64,000 nucleotides of DNA, taken from the NCBI GenBank assembly GCA_963719515.1, contig CAVRCJ010000004.1, forward strand, positions 1 through 64,000, given 5' to 3'. A model generated the notes under the pieces. It worked only from the letters and a program-made list of their open reading frames with translations, was not told the origin of the DNA and searched no databases. Position 1 is the first letter of the stretch. Each line of letters opens with the position of its first letter. Positions 63,638-64,000 of this stretch are shown here, one piece after another. The DNA is from an uncultured cyanobacterium. Its GTDB lineage: Bacteria; Cyanobacteriota; Cyanobacteriia; CAKZMO01. The position numbers were made by a program, and so were the translations under genes.

Positions 63638-64000
63638 ATGGGTGGACTTGATAGCGTAAAGCTTTCCCAGCTCAAGGCATTGGTGGCGGTTGCCGAGCAG
63701 CACAACTTTAGCGAGGCGGCCCATCAGCTGCAGCTTTCCCAATCAGCCATTAGCCATGCGATCGCCACATTAGAGGATGAGCTGGGGGTGGTGCTGTTTT
63801 TGCGGGGCCGCCGGGGCGCGGTGCTCACCCCCGTGGGCGATCGCATTTTGCGCCACGCCCAGACGGTTCTGGGGGCGCTGCAGCAGATGGGTCACGAGGC
63901 CGAGCTGTCCCGCAGCTTAGACAGCGGTGAGGTGCGCGTGGCGTCATTTCGCAGCGCGGCCACCCACATCATTCCCAGAGCGATCGCTCAGTTTCGGCAA
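63638..64000 (+). CDS. LysR family transcriptional regulator (partial, runs off the window)
   Basis: manual translation: QLKALVAVAEQHNFSEAAHQLQLSQSAISHAIATLEDELGVVLFLR. Confidence 0.93.
   Translation, partial: MGGLDSVKLSQLKALVAVAEQHNFSEAAHQLQLSQSAISHAIATLEDELGVVLFLRGRRGAVLTPVGDRILRHAQTVLGALQQMGHEAELSRSLDSGEVRVASFRSAATHIIPRAIAQFRQ

Noticed and set aside
1..64000. very frequent GCGATCGC
   Set aside because: This is the well-known cyanobacterial HIP1; used only as a taxonomic clue.

Overview
GC-rich cyanobacterial chromosome segment: the HIP1 octamer GCGATCGC is very frequent, and psbP, a bilin lyase and a Rubisco-activase-like gene are present. Most of the window is housekeeping or metabolic (rpsU, argG, mutS2, accA, folE, cobT, menD, clpS). 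It also holds a 1864-aa hybrid sensor kinase with a cyanobacteriochrome GAF, two secreted RTX-tailed phosphoesterase-like proteins, and the start of a polysaccharide cluster (GT4, wzt/wzm, wbaP, O-antigen ligase). The most unusual part is an accessory islet at about 30.3-36.1 kb. It contains a MITE, a small ORF with a multi-hairpin antisense RNA candidate, a VapBC pair whose toxin start codon reads ATC, and an LRR-Roc-COR protein. That protein has 16 near-identical 66-bp repeats varying at ligand-facing codons and a frameshifted TIR/DUF4062-like C-terminal domain. A second repeat-rich patch at 58.4-59.5 kb carries related MITEs and a gene relic. A small lipoprotein made of NPCA repeats is also notable. 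Several single-base insertions suggest possible assembly errors. No tRNA, rRNA, CRISPR array or transposase was recognised. All calls come from reading the sequence; no searches were run.
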